Source: Selaginella moellendorffii (Eukaryota; Plantae; Lycopodiophyta). From it: 64,000 bases of DNA. The stretch is taken from positions 315,175-379,174 of the forward strand of contig NW_003314393.1 of NCBI RefSeq assembly GCF_000143415.4, given 5' to 3'. Positions 25,801 through 38,802 of this stretch are shown one piece after another. The first letter of the stretch is position 1, and every line of letters starts with the position of its first letter. The notes beneath the pieces are model-generated. The model saw only the letters and a program-made list of their open reading frames with translations. It did not search any database and had not been told where the DNA came from. The position numbers and the translations under genes are program-made.

Positions 25801-26743
25801 CAAAATGCCAGCCACCTATGGTTTCCATCGATCACCCAAAAGAGCTTTCCAATGAACCCTGCTGTCTCCACATGTTGTCCTAAGAATCCATCAAACTCAC
25901 GAGACTTTCGCAGCCATATAGGATCCCATTTTTCCTCAAGTTCAGTAGTCACTGACTCTGTCCGGCCGGTTCCAGGGAAAGTTGGTGAAACGATGAAGGT
26001 ACCAGCTGTGCTCCCAAACCCGACCTCGGCAAAGGAGCTGTAGATAGCCATGTTGAGGTCGTAAGCTGAGCGCACCCAATGGCTTTGAACCAATCGGCAC
26101 AAAGGAACTAGAAATCGATGAGGGCCATTCCACGCCATTTCCTGTAACACTTTACTGACTGTCCGTTCTTGAGCTTGGATAATTGTGTCCCGAACACGAT
26201 CATTCAAGATGGTGTCAGAATCATGCATGCATAATCCCTCACCACCATTAGCTCCCCCTGCACCACCAGCCTGAGGAGCAGTAGGAGCAGCTACCATGCC
26301 CCCAGTAGCCTCTGTAGTAGATCCACCTACAACGCTACCAATAACGTCCTCAGCTGGTTCATTGACCTGGCCGCGAGCAGCCTCAGCAACCGAAGGCATA
26401 GCACCCCCACCACCGCCAACATCAGATGCAAGTACCCCACCACCAGTACCCGCAGCCTCAGGAACACCAGTACCAACAGCCTCAATAACACCAACATCGA
26501 TTTGAGTGTTCATCTCAACATCCACGTCATTGTTATACTCATCGTTGCCTCCAGCATGACTAGCCGAAACTTCATTAGATACTTGAGATGAATCTCCACT
26601 CAATCGGCCAAGCCCACAGCGATCAAGGCGGCTGCCTTTTCCTGGAGATCGAGACCATTGAGGTTGGCCTCGGCGCTTCCTCTAAAATAAAAAGCAAAAC
26701 TATTAAAACATCTAACTTGTAATGTAAAGCAAACCTGTGGCAT
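22894..26743 (-). CDS. ParB/Srx-like + beta-class N6A/N4C DNA-methyltransferase-like fusion, ~1100 codons, 11 exons, one in-frame TAG at 25279-25281 (possible pseudogene copy)
   Basis: Hand-built GT-AG model with phases consistent throughout: 26743-26735, 26681-25675, 25627-25417, 25368-25170, 25118-24746, 24688-24480, 24415-24224, 24162-24047, 23992-23558, 23505-23156, 23095-22894. Motifs: NLS-like RKRR, FWVIDGNHRWLAF (ParB/Srx), ILIGDY..LL, IDFIFFDLPDG (motif IV position), GIVLDATAGFGSMVQAAKETGRAVFALE (motifs I-II). Confidence 0.8.
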
Positions 26744-26885
26744 TTGAAGTTCAAGTCCCTTTTTGGAAGTTTCAAGCAGTCAAGTTTGATTTATATCTGC
26801 TCTCACAAGAAAAGTTTGTAAGTAAAAGATGTGAAAAATAGATTGTAAACTACAAGAAATGCAAAGGAAAAAAACATAAGTCACT

Positions 26886-27421
26886 GGGAGAGGTTGGTTC
26901 GCGCGAGAACTGACCTCACCCTACCTCTCAAGAAAAAGGAAAAACACAACAAGAATACGGGAGAGGTCGGTTCGCGCAAGAACCGACATCTTCCACCCTC
27001 TAATTTTCACATGAAATGCCCCATCAAGTCAATGAAATAAAAAAAAAAACCTTGAAGATGTCGGTTCGCACAAGAACCGACATTTCAATCTCTCTCTGTT
27101 TTCTAAAATATAGAAATCTCACCACTAGAAACATGAAAAAAATCAAGAAAGCTCGCTTCTAGAAAAAATAAAGGTGGGGAGACGTCGGTTCGCGCGCGAA
27201 CCGATCTTTCCCACCCCTTCAACAAGGAAAAAAAAAAAAAAACGAGGTAGAGATGGGCAAAAAGCTAAATAGAAAATGAAATAGAATGCTAGGAGATGTC
27301 GGTTCGCACAAGAACCGACATCTCTATCCCTCAAGAGAAAACAAAAGTTGAGAAAATAGAAACTTCTAATGGAAGAAAGAAAGTGAGGAGACGTCGGTTC
27401 GCACGCAAACCGACCTTCTCA
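26886..27421. repeat. Array of six spaced imperfect palindromes, core GTCGGTTCGCRCRNGAACCGAC
   Basis: Copies at ~26886-26921, 26959-26994, 27052-27088, 27173-27215, 27293-27324 and 27384-27421, separated by A-rich non-identical spacers. Confidence 0.9.
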
Positions 27422-27904
27422 AGGAAGCATACCTTGTTTGAGGAGCGTCTTGAAGCACATTTCTTGATTGAAGCGCCTTTCTCTCGCCCTTCCCTGCTCA
27501 AGCGCGCGAAAAAACCGCGCACGAACCAACCTTTTCGAGCTTGAGTCTCTCTCACTTGTCACAAAAGAATGAAACTCTCTTGAAGGGAAGAGAGCATGGA
27601 GATGAGAGGGAGAACAAAAAATCAATGCTACAACTTTTGTGATTGATTGGCGCTTCTCACTCATAACCACATTCATTTCAACATTATTATTCCTCTCACA
27701 ATCAATTATACAATTAATATGGGCGGCTCTTTAAGATTCTCATATCTCTCTAGATTCTAAACGGTTGTATATTTTGTTAAAATAATTAACTTGTCCTTTG
27801 CAAGGACATAGCTAATTAATGCTCACAATACAGAAGAATATCTTTGTTCTTTCTTGTCAGTTTCTCCCCAAATTTTTTTCTAAGTGCTCGAGCAAGGAGA
27901 AGAT

Positions 27905-30900
27905 ATGAGAGAATTCTATTTGAAGTTCGATCAAGAGCCTCCAATTGTTTTCTCTAGGAGTGTTATAGGAGAGACCTTCCTCTGCAGAAGATTCAAGCTG
28001 AAGCCAGGATCAGTTAGTTTGGAGAATGTATGTCGTGATAAGGGTAATCAGATAGAAAAATCCATTCTTCTCGACAGTGGTGTGGGAGAGAATGGGATTC
28101 AATGGGATCTTGATAGATGTACAGGTCAAGAGATTCTAGTTACAGGATCTCCGAAGCGAGGAGAGGAGAGCGCATCAGTTTCACAGCCAACTGTGCAAAG
28201 AGTGAAGGATGAAGTTATTATTCTCTCCAGTGACGAAAATGAAGAAGATGAGCTTCCTGACATAGCTTCCCAGACAAGTAGGTGTGTTCCTTCTGGACCA
28301 GTTTTTGAAGTGGTGGATAAGGCATTTCGGCAATCTCGATCATTACGGTTGGAATTGAAGGAGTTCCAGTACATGAGAGGTGAGGAGCTTCCTTCTTCCT
28401 ATAATGGGAATATATTCTTCGAGTTTCCACCAGCAAGTTCGTCAAGCAGGAAAAGGGGTATGGAAACACGTCTTGATCCACATAATTGGTGCAGAGTAAA
28501 GACGACCCACTTCTCTCATTTCGATGGATCTGTGTCCATAGTCCATTGCGGTGGACAGCTTCAGTGTGTCGCTGAGAAATGCATTTCTGATCATGGCAAG
28601 AATATGTGTTTCTTTGAAGGCTCAGCAATCAATCCCCCTAGGCGTGATGAAGTTGCTACAGGATTTAGATGTCGCAAATGCGGGGCAACACCTGTGTGTC
28701 AAGCATGTTGCGATGCGAAAATGTATTATTTTCTTCCACGGGATGGATGTTTAGGCAGAGCAGCAGTGCATATTGGATACCACCAACACGCAATTGAGGA
28801 AGGAATCCGCCGTGATTCTTTTCGCAATTTGAAGACTGCTGTTACTACAGAGGCTAGGAAGAAAAGTGCAGCAACTCCAAAGTGTGTTCAACAGTCTATA
28901 CTAAAGGACTATGTGGTGGACATGTTGTTACAATCTGATAGCCAAAAAGAGTTCACGGAGAATAGCTTGAAGGACCTACTTCGAAATATAGAACCTATGA
29001 CAAATTTAAACAGGTATAAAATTAACACTTAACTCTACTTTATCACTAATAACACTCTTTTTTTTTGTAGAATAAAGAACTGGATGCGAGAAGGGCGAGA
29101 TGGAAAGCTTCAATCTGGATTGGATGGGATTTTGGAGCTAAAGAGAAAATGTCCCTATGAGTTTATTCATGGGAGCTTATTCGTTGGCCAAGTGACTTCG
29201 AACAATCAACGCCCTTTCATCTTTAAGATGTCTACCCTTGGTCCTGCTTCTGGTGTGGACCTTGTACAACGAATGGATATGGATGGAGATGGGGATTTAG
29301 CTAATTCCTGGATCCATTTTGACCATATGGAACGAGTTTCAGGCTGGTCAACAATGGGAGCTCATGTTTATGATCACAAGTAAGTGGCTTTTCATTTTTT
29401 AAGGATCTATACCAATTTACATTATAACCATTCCTTTTATAGGTTGCAGTGCAATTTGACTATAGCTATAGCCGAATTCAAAGTTCAAGATTTTCAAGCA
29501 CAAACCATCTTTTGGACATGTATGTCCGAGGTTGTTGAACAGCGAACCGGGAAGAAACCCAACTTCCGTGGTTTCATGGCAGATGCAGCTGGTGCTAACT
29601 GGTTGGCTGTACGACAAGTATTCGGAGGTGATAAAAGTCAGCCATTACAAGGTAGAGAGAAGAGTTGTGAGTTTCATTGGGCAAAGAGCGTCAATGAACA
29701 TTGCCGATGCATCAAGTCTACCTTCCATCACGAGTTCAAGCAGCTTTGTCGGAAATGGATGGATGCACCAACTAAAGAGGAGCACGAGGCAAAGGCAAAT
29801 GAAATGCGCATATGGTGGCGTGAAGGAGACAAAGTGCCAATTGAAAACCTTCCACAAATGGAATGCTGGCTTGCATGGTGGGAAGTTCGAATGTTTCAGT
29901 GGGGTCATTATACTCTCCATGTAAGCTTTCTCTCATTTTCTTTCTTGTCACATTCAAATGTTGCATTTTTTGTAGGATCAACCACTTGATGATATTGCAC
30001 TTACACCAACAATTAATCTCTCTGAGAGCAAACATTGGAGTTGGAGAGCTTCCGAAGCAGGGAAGGGAAAAGTGTCCCTCTATGAAGCTACACTCTCCGA
30101 CCTCACTAGATCTCTTGAGCAATCATCAAAAGCTTTGGCTGCACAGGAAGCAAGGTTTGCTGGTACAGGTCCGAACTTAGACAGGCTTCAAGAGCGGGTT
30201 GGTAGAAGGACAACACCAGCAGCAGGGTCAATGTCCAAGATGGTGGAGGAAGTTGTTGCTGGAACTCCTATGAAATCAAGTTATGAGCCACTTGGGGACA
30301 TGAGAACAGCCCGTATGAAGCGTCGACAGACATTTGATGGGTCAAACATCACTCCTTCTAGCTCTCACCGTCCAGAGTTTGACTACCATTCTGTTCCACG
30401 ACACCGGAAAAGAACTAAGGAACATGGAGTGGAGGAGGTGCCAGAGGTTAGTGCCAGAATGGTAAAGGTTATTTCTCGCGAGCCAGTTTCTCGTATCAAC
30501 TGGGCAATTCGAAGAGTCAGTGCCAAGTGCAATGCACGTTGCTCTGGAATGATTGGGAGTCGAGGTCAGTGTCTCGCTTTTGTGTGCTCAGGTTCAAGTT
30601 CTTCAGCAGTGCCATGTTTTTGGGGCTGTCGAGATCTAGGAGTGAAGGGCCGCCAGTCAAGCTGGATTTACTGTTGTGGGACTGATGTTACTCATACAAG
30701 CCAGATCCACAGCTCAATTATTTTGAAGCCAGATTCTGTGCCAAATGAGTGGCCAGTTGAGCGAAGCTGCAATCTTTTGAAAGAAGAGATTGAAAGTCTG
30801 GAGAGAGCAGGTTTCAAGCTAAAGACTTCCTCAAATGTTGCTATTAGTACTGCTATGCCACCAATATCAACACTAGACCGGCATACACGACCAGCTAGGA

Positions 30901-31253
30901 ATGGGAAGGCTATACAATACAGGTCTTCCATTTCGAAAGGTGCACAAGAGAAGATCAAGTTGGCAAAAGAGCTAAAGTGCACAATCACAAAGACAAACTA
31001 CATCAGTGCTATGGCTAAGGAGTTTATTATTGTGACTGAGTCATCAAAGGGTACGAGCTACACTGTTAAAATCTGCGAAAATCCATCCTGTACCTGTCCA
31101 GATTTTACACAGCGGGAGAACAGGGGAAAGGTATATTTAGCCTGCAAGCACATCTATTACATTTTTATGCAGGAACTAAACCAAGATCCTAAGATCGACC
31201 ATCACATCCACCAGGCAAGCCTTACAGTTGCGGAGCTTGAGAAGTGTTTTTAG
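27905..31253 (+). CDS. Mutator-like DDE transposase (~1057 aa) with GCM/WRKY-like Zn domain and C-terminal SWIM finger
   Basis: Exons 27905-29013, 29071-29379, 29443-29920, 29976-31253 join in frame without stops. Motifs: Cys/His domain ending AAVHIGYHQH, WIHFDH (D1), FMADAAGANW (D2), CEFHW (CxxH), TINLSESKH (E), CTCPDF...CKHI (SWIM). Confidence 0.85.
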
Positions 31254-31688
31254 ATTGCTTTTAGTGTTCGGATCTATATTTATATTTGTATTTTATTAGT
31301 CGAATTTACTTGGAAATATAGATTAAATCAAAATTTGAAGAATGGAAAGATGTTGGTTCGGGACGAACCAATGTTTTTCTTGTGTTTGAGAAGCCGTGAG
31401 CTCAGCTCATGAGCTCAGCTCGTGAGCTCATGAGCTCAAAACCTACCCGGGCTCACTCTGTTCTACGCTCAGCACGTGGGGGAGACTTGGATATTGACAC
31501 GATTTGACTGAGACGACCTCATCCACTACTACTCCAGGACTAGGTCCAGCTGCAATATCAGAGGATCACGTAGAGTAGCTCTGAACGTGTATGTACATTC
31601 CCCATGTCCCAAAGGGACTAATACAAAAATTGGGCATGCTACCCTCTCAGTGCGATATTGTTGAATTGCAGCACTGCGGGGTGTCTTT

Positions 31689-31737
31689 AACCCTAAATGC
31701 CTAAATGCGCCTAAACCCTAAACCCTAAAACCTAAAC
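31689..31737 (+). repeat. Short degenerate telomere-like CCCTAAA tract
   Basis: AACCCTAAATGCCTAAATGCGCCTAAACCCTAAACCCTAAAACCTAAAC. Confidence 0.6.
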
Positions 31738-32490
31738 GGGTATGTACAACTGACACAAGCATCGTGGACATAATGCATGCATCCATATCCTTAAATTTTT
31801 ATGGTAAACATTGCTTTCCATTTCTTTAATGATGACTTTGCATAACTAAAATAGTAGCTGAGGTATCACTAGTCCTTGGTAGCTGCTGTAACATTTCCTT
31901 TCTTGGTGGTCTTCATTTGCAACACCATTTCCAATTTGATAAAGGTACCCAAGGTAACAGCAGCAGTGATCATTAGTCCCAACAGTGAGATAAGTGACAC
32001 AAACACCTCAAATATGACACATAATTAAAGAAAAAAAATGTTTAACAAAATTAAAGACATTTGAAACTTATAGCGTACGTTAAAGATTTATTTATTTATA
32101 AGTAAGATGATACACCACATTATTATCGTAATTTGTAATGAACTTATCAAAGATGTATACCAATCACCTCAAATGAAACCAAATAAAAACACACTAAGTT
32201 TTTTAAAGTGCTATGTTAAATATCTTAATATAAAAATTATAAAACATAAATAAACAACTTCTATTGCAATTACTATAAAAAAAAATTTAGTTTTCTTCTA
32301 AATTTATTTTAACATATGTCTTTTATAGCATAACATGATAGTATCAAAGAATGTTATCAAATTTTAAAAAGCAATATTGGATAAGAATAATAATATAGAG
32401 CAATTTTTTGTATTAAGGCAATTATAATTAGTTCTCAGCTGTTAGATCTTAAGCATATGCTTAGAATAAGTATTGGCTTTTACATTTAAC

Positions 32491-35400
32491 TGTAAGCCAC
32501 AAATTTTTTGTTTCCAATTTGCCAGCTTAACTCATCTATCCGACCAACACTGCCTTCAAAACTTCGCCAAATGCAAAGTCCAAAACATTCATTTTTACCT
32601 CAAAGTCTTTACCAAAGTTTGTTAATGTCAACATGGGAGTTTTCCTCAACTTCTTTTTGAGGTGGACAAATGCCGCCTTACATTCCACTGTCCATACAAT
32701 CTTCTCTTTACCCATTTAGTCTGTTAAAGGTAGAGCTACTCTCAAATAGTGTTTAATAAACTTTCGGTAGTAGTTGCATAACCCCAAGAATGCCCTAAAC
32801 TCATTTGCATTTGATAGTTGCTCCCATTCCTGGATCACTTGGACCTTTTCAGGGTCCATCTTGAGCCCGTTTTTGTCCACCACATGCCCAAGAAATTTTA
32901 CCTTTTATTAAGAAAAGTCACATTTGCTCTCTTTAGCATATAGCTTGTGTTCCTTTAGTTTCTCAAACACCTTCGTCAAGTGTTCGGCATGCTCCTCTAG
33001 CATTTTGTTATAAATCAAGATGTCATCAATATAGACGACCACAAAATGATCCAGATAGGGTACAAAGATGTGATTCATCAATACCGAAAACGTTGCCGGC
33101 GCATTGCACAGTCCAAAGGGCATCACCAGAAATTCAAAGCTTTTATACCTTGTCCAATAAGTTGTCTTCTAAACATCTTCCTCTGTTACCCTGATCTAGT
33201 AGTATCCTGACCTTAGATCAATCTTCGAGAAGTATTTTGCCTTTCCCAATCTATCAAATAAGTCCTCAATCCTTGGCAAAGGGTATTTATTCTTCTTTGT
33301 TTACTTGTTAAGCAACCAATAGTCTATGCACATGCATATAGAACCATCTTTCTTTTTCACATATAACACTGGCGCCTTATATGACGATTTGCTCAACCTA
33401 GCATGCCTTTTGTCTACCAACTCTTCTACTTGGCACTTGAGCTCCTCGAGTTCCTTTTCGTTCAAACAATAGGGTGGACACACCATTGCCTTAGCACCCT
33501 TGATCAGCTCAATCTTATATTCTATCAGTCGTGTAGGGGGTAACCCCACCAATAGCTCCTCCGGCATGGTATCTTGGAATTGGTCCAACACCCACTAAAT
33601 CACTAAAGGTGCTTCTTCCATTCCTGTCTTTTTATCACTCTTCACCGAGAATAAGCACAAAAATGCTACCTTGGTTCCTTTAGTGAGTTGCCCTCTCGTG
33701 AACACCAAGTTTAGGTAGGAATCTTTGGCCTTGCATCGCCTTACCTTTAGATCCTGGGGCTCCACCTTGGATCTTGCTCCCTAGGCATTCACCAGTACCA
33801 CAAGGTTCCTACCTTGTCCATGCAGGGCTACCATAAACTGATTGAACCAATCCATCCCAAAGATTACGTCAAATTCTGCCATGTCCAACACGGTGAAATC
33901 CATGTCTACTTTCCATGTCCATACATCGACTCATGCTTGTCGAAGTACCTCATTGGTGCTTTGGCTACCTTGAACAAACTCTGGTTCACCAAGCCGCTGC
34001 ACCGTTAGTCCGGTTTGCCAAACTATATCTGCAACCATAAAATTATCCGAAACACTTTTGTCAATAAGGATCTTAACAAAGCTATCTCCGAGCTTCCCTT
34101 AGAGGACTAGTAGATGTTGTAAATAACTCTTTACCAAAGTTTTTCGTGTAATGAGTAACTGTAAGCTAAGCATTGGATCATGTACCTCAATTTGAATTTC
34201 ACCCGACTTAATGGCTATATTGGATCTAGCCTTCCTCGGGTAGGGACATTCCCTTGAAAAGTGTCCCACTTCACCACAGTTATAGCATACATTGTTTCCC
34301 ACATTGCTAGCAGACTTGACTTTTTTATCCGTGGGTTTGTCTCTTTTTGCTTGACTCCCCTATGTATTTGCTTGCTGACCACCGAATCTACCTTTCTGGA
34401 ACCCCGAGGACTCATTCTTAGAAAAACTCTTCTTGAATTTCCCTTTGCCATATGTTCCTCTTGGTTTGGCCTGTTTGTTAAACGTGGACCCCTACCCCGT
34501 CTTGTTCCCCTTTCGCAGGTTACCATTGAAATGTACTTTGATAGCCGCATCCAACACTTCCTTGTAGTTGGTCGGGCTCCTATGCATCACTTCACCGTGA
34601 GCCCAGGTTTGCAAGCATGATATAAAAGCATGGAATGCATCCATATCACCTATATCTGTGACAAGTATCCTCTTTACCATAAACCCATTCTCATACTCTT
34701 GAATGGTTCCGGTCTGTTTCAGCCTACTCAACTCATCCCTTAGGTGTAGAGTAGCATTCGGAGGAATGTAAGTCGTGCGGATCCTCGCTTTCATCATTTC
34801 CCAAGTGGCCACCAGTCCTTCATTGGCCTCTGTTGTTCTTCACCAAGACTTGGCATTATTTGCTAAGTATGGTTTTGCATATGGAACCTTCTCCGATCTT
34901 GGTAACTATAACGCTCGGAAGTAGTCTTCCATATTGTAAAACTAATCCTTCACCACCTTATAGTCATTCACTCCCTTGAAGACCGGTGGGGGCTTTGGTT
35001 TATACTTGGGAACTGCTTGAGGGACTGATTCTACTTCGGTCCGTTCGACCTTGTTTGGTTCTTTCTCAGACCCTGCCGAAGGGTCCACACCTTCTGCGCT
35101 GCCAATATTCGCAATCTTTCACTTTTTCTACCGCTTTATGTCACACTTTAGCTTGTGTACGACAGTCTCCAGCAGGGCATTGGTTTGTGCCAATTGTCTT
35201 TCTAGAACATCCAATTAAGCCTTGAATGACCGAACCTCGCCACTAGACTCCTGTTTGGAAGTTTCCTCATTGGAGTCTTCCTCATGCAAGGATTCCTCAT
35301 CCATAGCTTTTTGTTCAACTGAAGGCTCTAGCTCTGGAGGAGGTTCCATCTCTGCCTTGGTTCGTATACGCCCTGCCTTTGCCATCTTCCAACAATCCAT

Positions 35401-36661
35401 CTTTATCCTTCGCTAAAACTAAGGAAAAGGCTCTGATACCAAATTGTAAGCCACAAATTTTTCATTCCCAATTTGCAAGTTTACCTCGTCTATCCGACCA
35501 ACACTGCCTTGGCTTTAGCTAAGTTCCCTCACCAAGGTTCCTGCCTATTGTACTAACTCCTACTTAGAACTATTTGGGTTCAACTACTCACTGCACGAGC
35601 AACAGACTGTTAGCCATCCATCCACAGATTCCCAAATCTCTCCCAATCCCCCTCCCTAGGTTAGACTGGACTTAAGGTTCGGCTACACTCCCCGCAAGCA
35701 CAAGCAGCCAAACACACCAAGCCTCCAGGTTCCTAACATCCCTTAGTACAACAAGACTTGATTATAGGACCCTCTAAATCCCAAGCCTTGGGTGCAACAC
35801 TTGCCTCAGGACACTGGGGCGAAACACCATGGCCTAACGGCCCAGTATGGGTACCTCTACCCCTCCACTTCCATCCCAAAGGGAAGGCCCAACCCCTAGG
35901 AAGGGCAAGGAATAATGAGCCGCAAGGTACTCAGTGTGGGGCACCACTCCACATGAGCCGGGAGCACCACAGTTGGTTTCCCTTCCGAGAGTGGGAGCTA
36001 CTTTTGAGCACTTCCTTGGGTGGCCCCTCCGGCACCACCCAAGTCCATGCTCACTCCCCTCGGCCCCAGTCTCGACCTCAAGTCAGTTTGGAAGCACTAC
36101 TAGAAAGTTCCTTCAAGACTGGTTCCTGAACCTCACTATCCCTACTATATTTTTGGAACCCTCTGCAGCCCCCCCCCCCCCCCGGGAGACACATGCTTTG
36201 AGCTATCACCCCTTGACCTATATTAGTACTCAGACTTGGACTCGGTTTTGGACTCGATCTTGGACTCGACCTCAGACGGGCATATGGGACATCGTTGTGT
36301 AACCGAGATGCCCAGAGATGCAACGTGATGTTATCTGGTATGTGTATAGCTATGTTTGGTGCCAAGCCCATAATACTCCCTCTTGTGCCTCGGAAGGACA
36401 GTTGGAGTCAATTGCAATTTCCCGAGTTCGGACTCGGTCTCGGACCTGATCTTGGATCTTGGACTCTGTCTCGAACTCGGTCTCAAACTCGGTCTTGAAG
36501 TCGGCCTTGGATTTGATCCCGGACTCTATCTTGAACTCAGTCTCAAAGTCAGTCTTGGACTCGATCTCAGACTCGATCCCATCCGATGAACTCTTTATCT
36601 TTTTAGTCATGCCTTTGGGGATCCTTTAGCCTACAACACTTCAGGGAGTTGGTTCCTTACA
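32491..36661 (-). mobile_element. Internally deleted Ty3/gypsy element (gag-PR-RT remnants), 5' LTR 35445-36661, only ~64 bp of the 3' LTR left
   Basis: TSD TTAAC at 32486-32490 and 36662-36666; PBS (rc CTCTGATACCA) 35431-35441; CYNCGEVGHFSREC knuckle; [12 protein letters not shown] and VYIDD. Confidence 0.9.
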
Positions 36662-37123
36662 TTAACATATTGTGAGGGCCAAGTGTACGGCTACGATGCC
36701 GTATACTAATATTAGCGTAATGGGATTTTGGTAGCCATTAGATTGGTTTCAATCCAAACCATTTGCTCCTATATATAAGCTAGAAGCTCTATTTCGTTAA
36801 AGTGGGATTTATTCAGTAAAATGGGACTAGGTACAAATTTTCAAGTATTTGAAAATGACGTGAAATTATATGTTTTTTGTCCAGAGGCTAGACATATCTG
36901 GGGCATGGTGACTAGCGCGGTGACTTTGTGTCCAGACTGAGTCCATCTGGTTGTATAATAAATCTCATTGTTAAGGTAAACAAGCTGAATTTGAAGCTAA
37001 AGAAGAGCGATGGCATGCGCGCACACACTATTTGTTTGTTCATTGAGCATGTGGTGAGCTTTCCAAGATGAACGTCATTCCTATTAGCCAGACATATAAC
37101 TTAATGGTGAGAACATTTAGATA

Positions 37124-37899
37124 TTATTCAATGTTATCTTTTTCTAACGAATCTAATTGTGAAGGTGTAGCAAGAGGCATTGCTAGTCTGGAGAAGTCAT
37201 TTAACTCATTTGACCCTTAGTGTATTTTCATGAAACTAAATAACATTCATATTATTAAGGAATTTCTCTAGTACCTTTTTTTTACGACATAGAGGCTTGC
37301 ATTTCTTTCAAAGGTGATTTAGTAAAAGGCCTGAGGGCACATGCCATTCTATTTCTCAGACCGGTATTAAGATATACTAGTGCAAAGGGAAAAAGGTATT
37401 TGGTGATCAAGTAAATGGCATGAGGGCACACGCCATTATAAGCCTAAGCGCTAGTGGACACCTCCTTTTTGGTACTCTCAGCGGTACTATCATCCTTCTC
37501 CGGGTCAGTTGTTATTCAATGTTATCTTTTTCTAACGAATCTAATTGTGAAGGTGTAGCAAGAGGCATTGCTAGTCTGGAGAAGTCATTTAACTCATTTG
37601 ACCCTTAGTGTATTTTCATGAAACTAAATAACATTCATATTATTAAGGAATTTCTCTAGTACCTTTTTTTTACGACATAGAGGCTTGCATTTCTTTCAAA
37701 GGTGATTTAGTAAAAGGCCTGAGGGCACATGCCATTCTATTTCTCAAACCGGTATTAAGATATACTAGTGCAAAGGGAAAAAGGTATTTGGTGATCAAGT
37801 AAATGGCATGAGGGCACACGCCATTATAAGTCTAAGCGCTAGTGGACACCTCCTTTTTGGTACTCTCAGCGGTACTATCATCCTTCTCCGGGTCAGTTG
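37124..37899. repeat. Near-perfect 388-bp tandem duplication inside the Sola-like element
   Basis: 37124-37511 is repeated at 37512-37899 with very few mismatches. Confidence 0.9.
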
Positions 37900-38802
37900 T
37901 TTTGCTTTGGATTGTTGTCTCTAACGTTACTGGGGCGTTCTCGATAGTTGTTAATGTTGCCGTTTGTTTAGAAAAATGATCACCTGGAGTATAGTATGGG
38001 GAGTTTGGAAGACTTATATATTCTACATCTTCACCTATCTCCTTCTCCGTCTCCTTTTCTGCCTCACTTACAGATTTTGTGCTTGCCATGAGAACGCTCC
38101 TCACCCTAAAATATGGAGTTTGTTGTGTTATAAAAGGAAACCAACACACACGCTGCAAGGGAATGATGGTACATAAAGCACGTAAGCCCACAATATGGGT
38201 TTATGTGCCATTAATATGGGCCACACGCCATATTATTAGATTTATGCACGTGTGATTGGTAAATGCATATGTCACATCATCTTTGTTTTACCTCACACAC
38301 TATATCAGGCCTAATGAACCATATCACATGTGCGCACATGCTATATATATGGAGAAGTATTATGCAAGGATAGAAAAATTCAATGCATGATTGTGGAGAG
38401 CAATGGCATGAAGCCACATGCTAAATAACATTTTAGAGAAAGAATTAAAATAAAAACATGCAAACAGTACTGAGTGGACCAAGACTTAGAAGTGCACAAT
38501 TGAATGAGGTATTTCTAATAAATATTTCACTCACCTCATATAGGAATGGCTACCACTCTCAAATGGCGTATCGCCTCATGCCATCACCTCGCAATTTGTT
38601 ATAACAATCCGATGAATTCATATTCGGCTTGTTCACCTTGAACTTTAAGTAAGATTTGCTAGAACAACTAAGAATTTATACTTGTTATTTGTATCATCTC
38701 ACCTAGGAATGGCGTAAGGCCACATGCCATCACACCTCCTCTGATTTAGATTCGGATTGTTCACCTTGAAATAAAATACATTAGAAACTTAGTAAAGGAA
38801 TA

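Larger units (their letters stand above)
22622..31448. mobile_element. 8.8-kb TIR DNA transposon (Mutator-related) with transposase and ParB-methyltransferase cargo gene
   Basis: TIRs GGGTAG(T/G)TTTTGAGCT...GAGCTCA at 22622-22657 and 31410-31448; TSD GGGCT at 22617-22621 and 31449-31453; two divergent genes inside. Confidence 0.9.

Noticed and set aside
22894-26743. Bacterial or phage contamination explaining the ParB-MTase
   Set aside because: The gene has ten GT-AG introns and lies inside a TSD-flanked element inserted in a plant LINE.
26886-27421. CRISPR array
   Set aside because: Repeats are degenerate, spacers are uneven and low-complexity, there are no cas genes, and the context is eukaryotic with introns.
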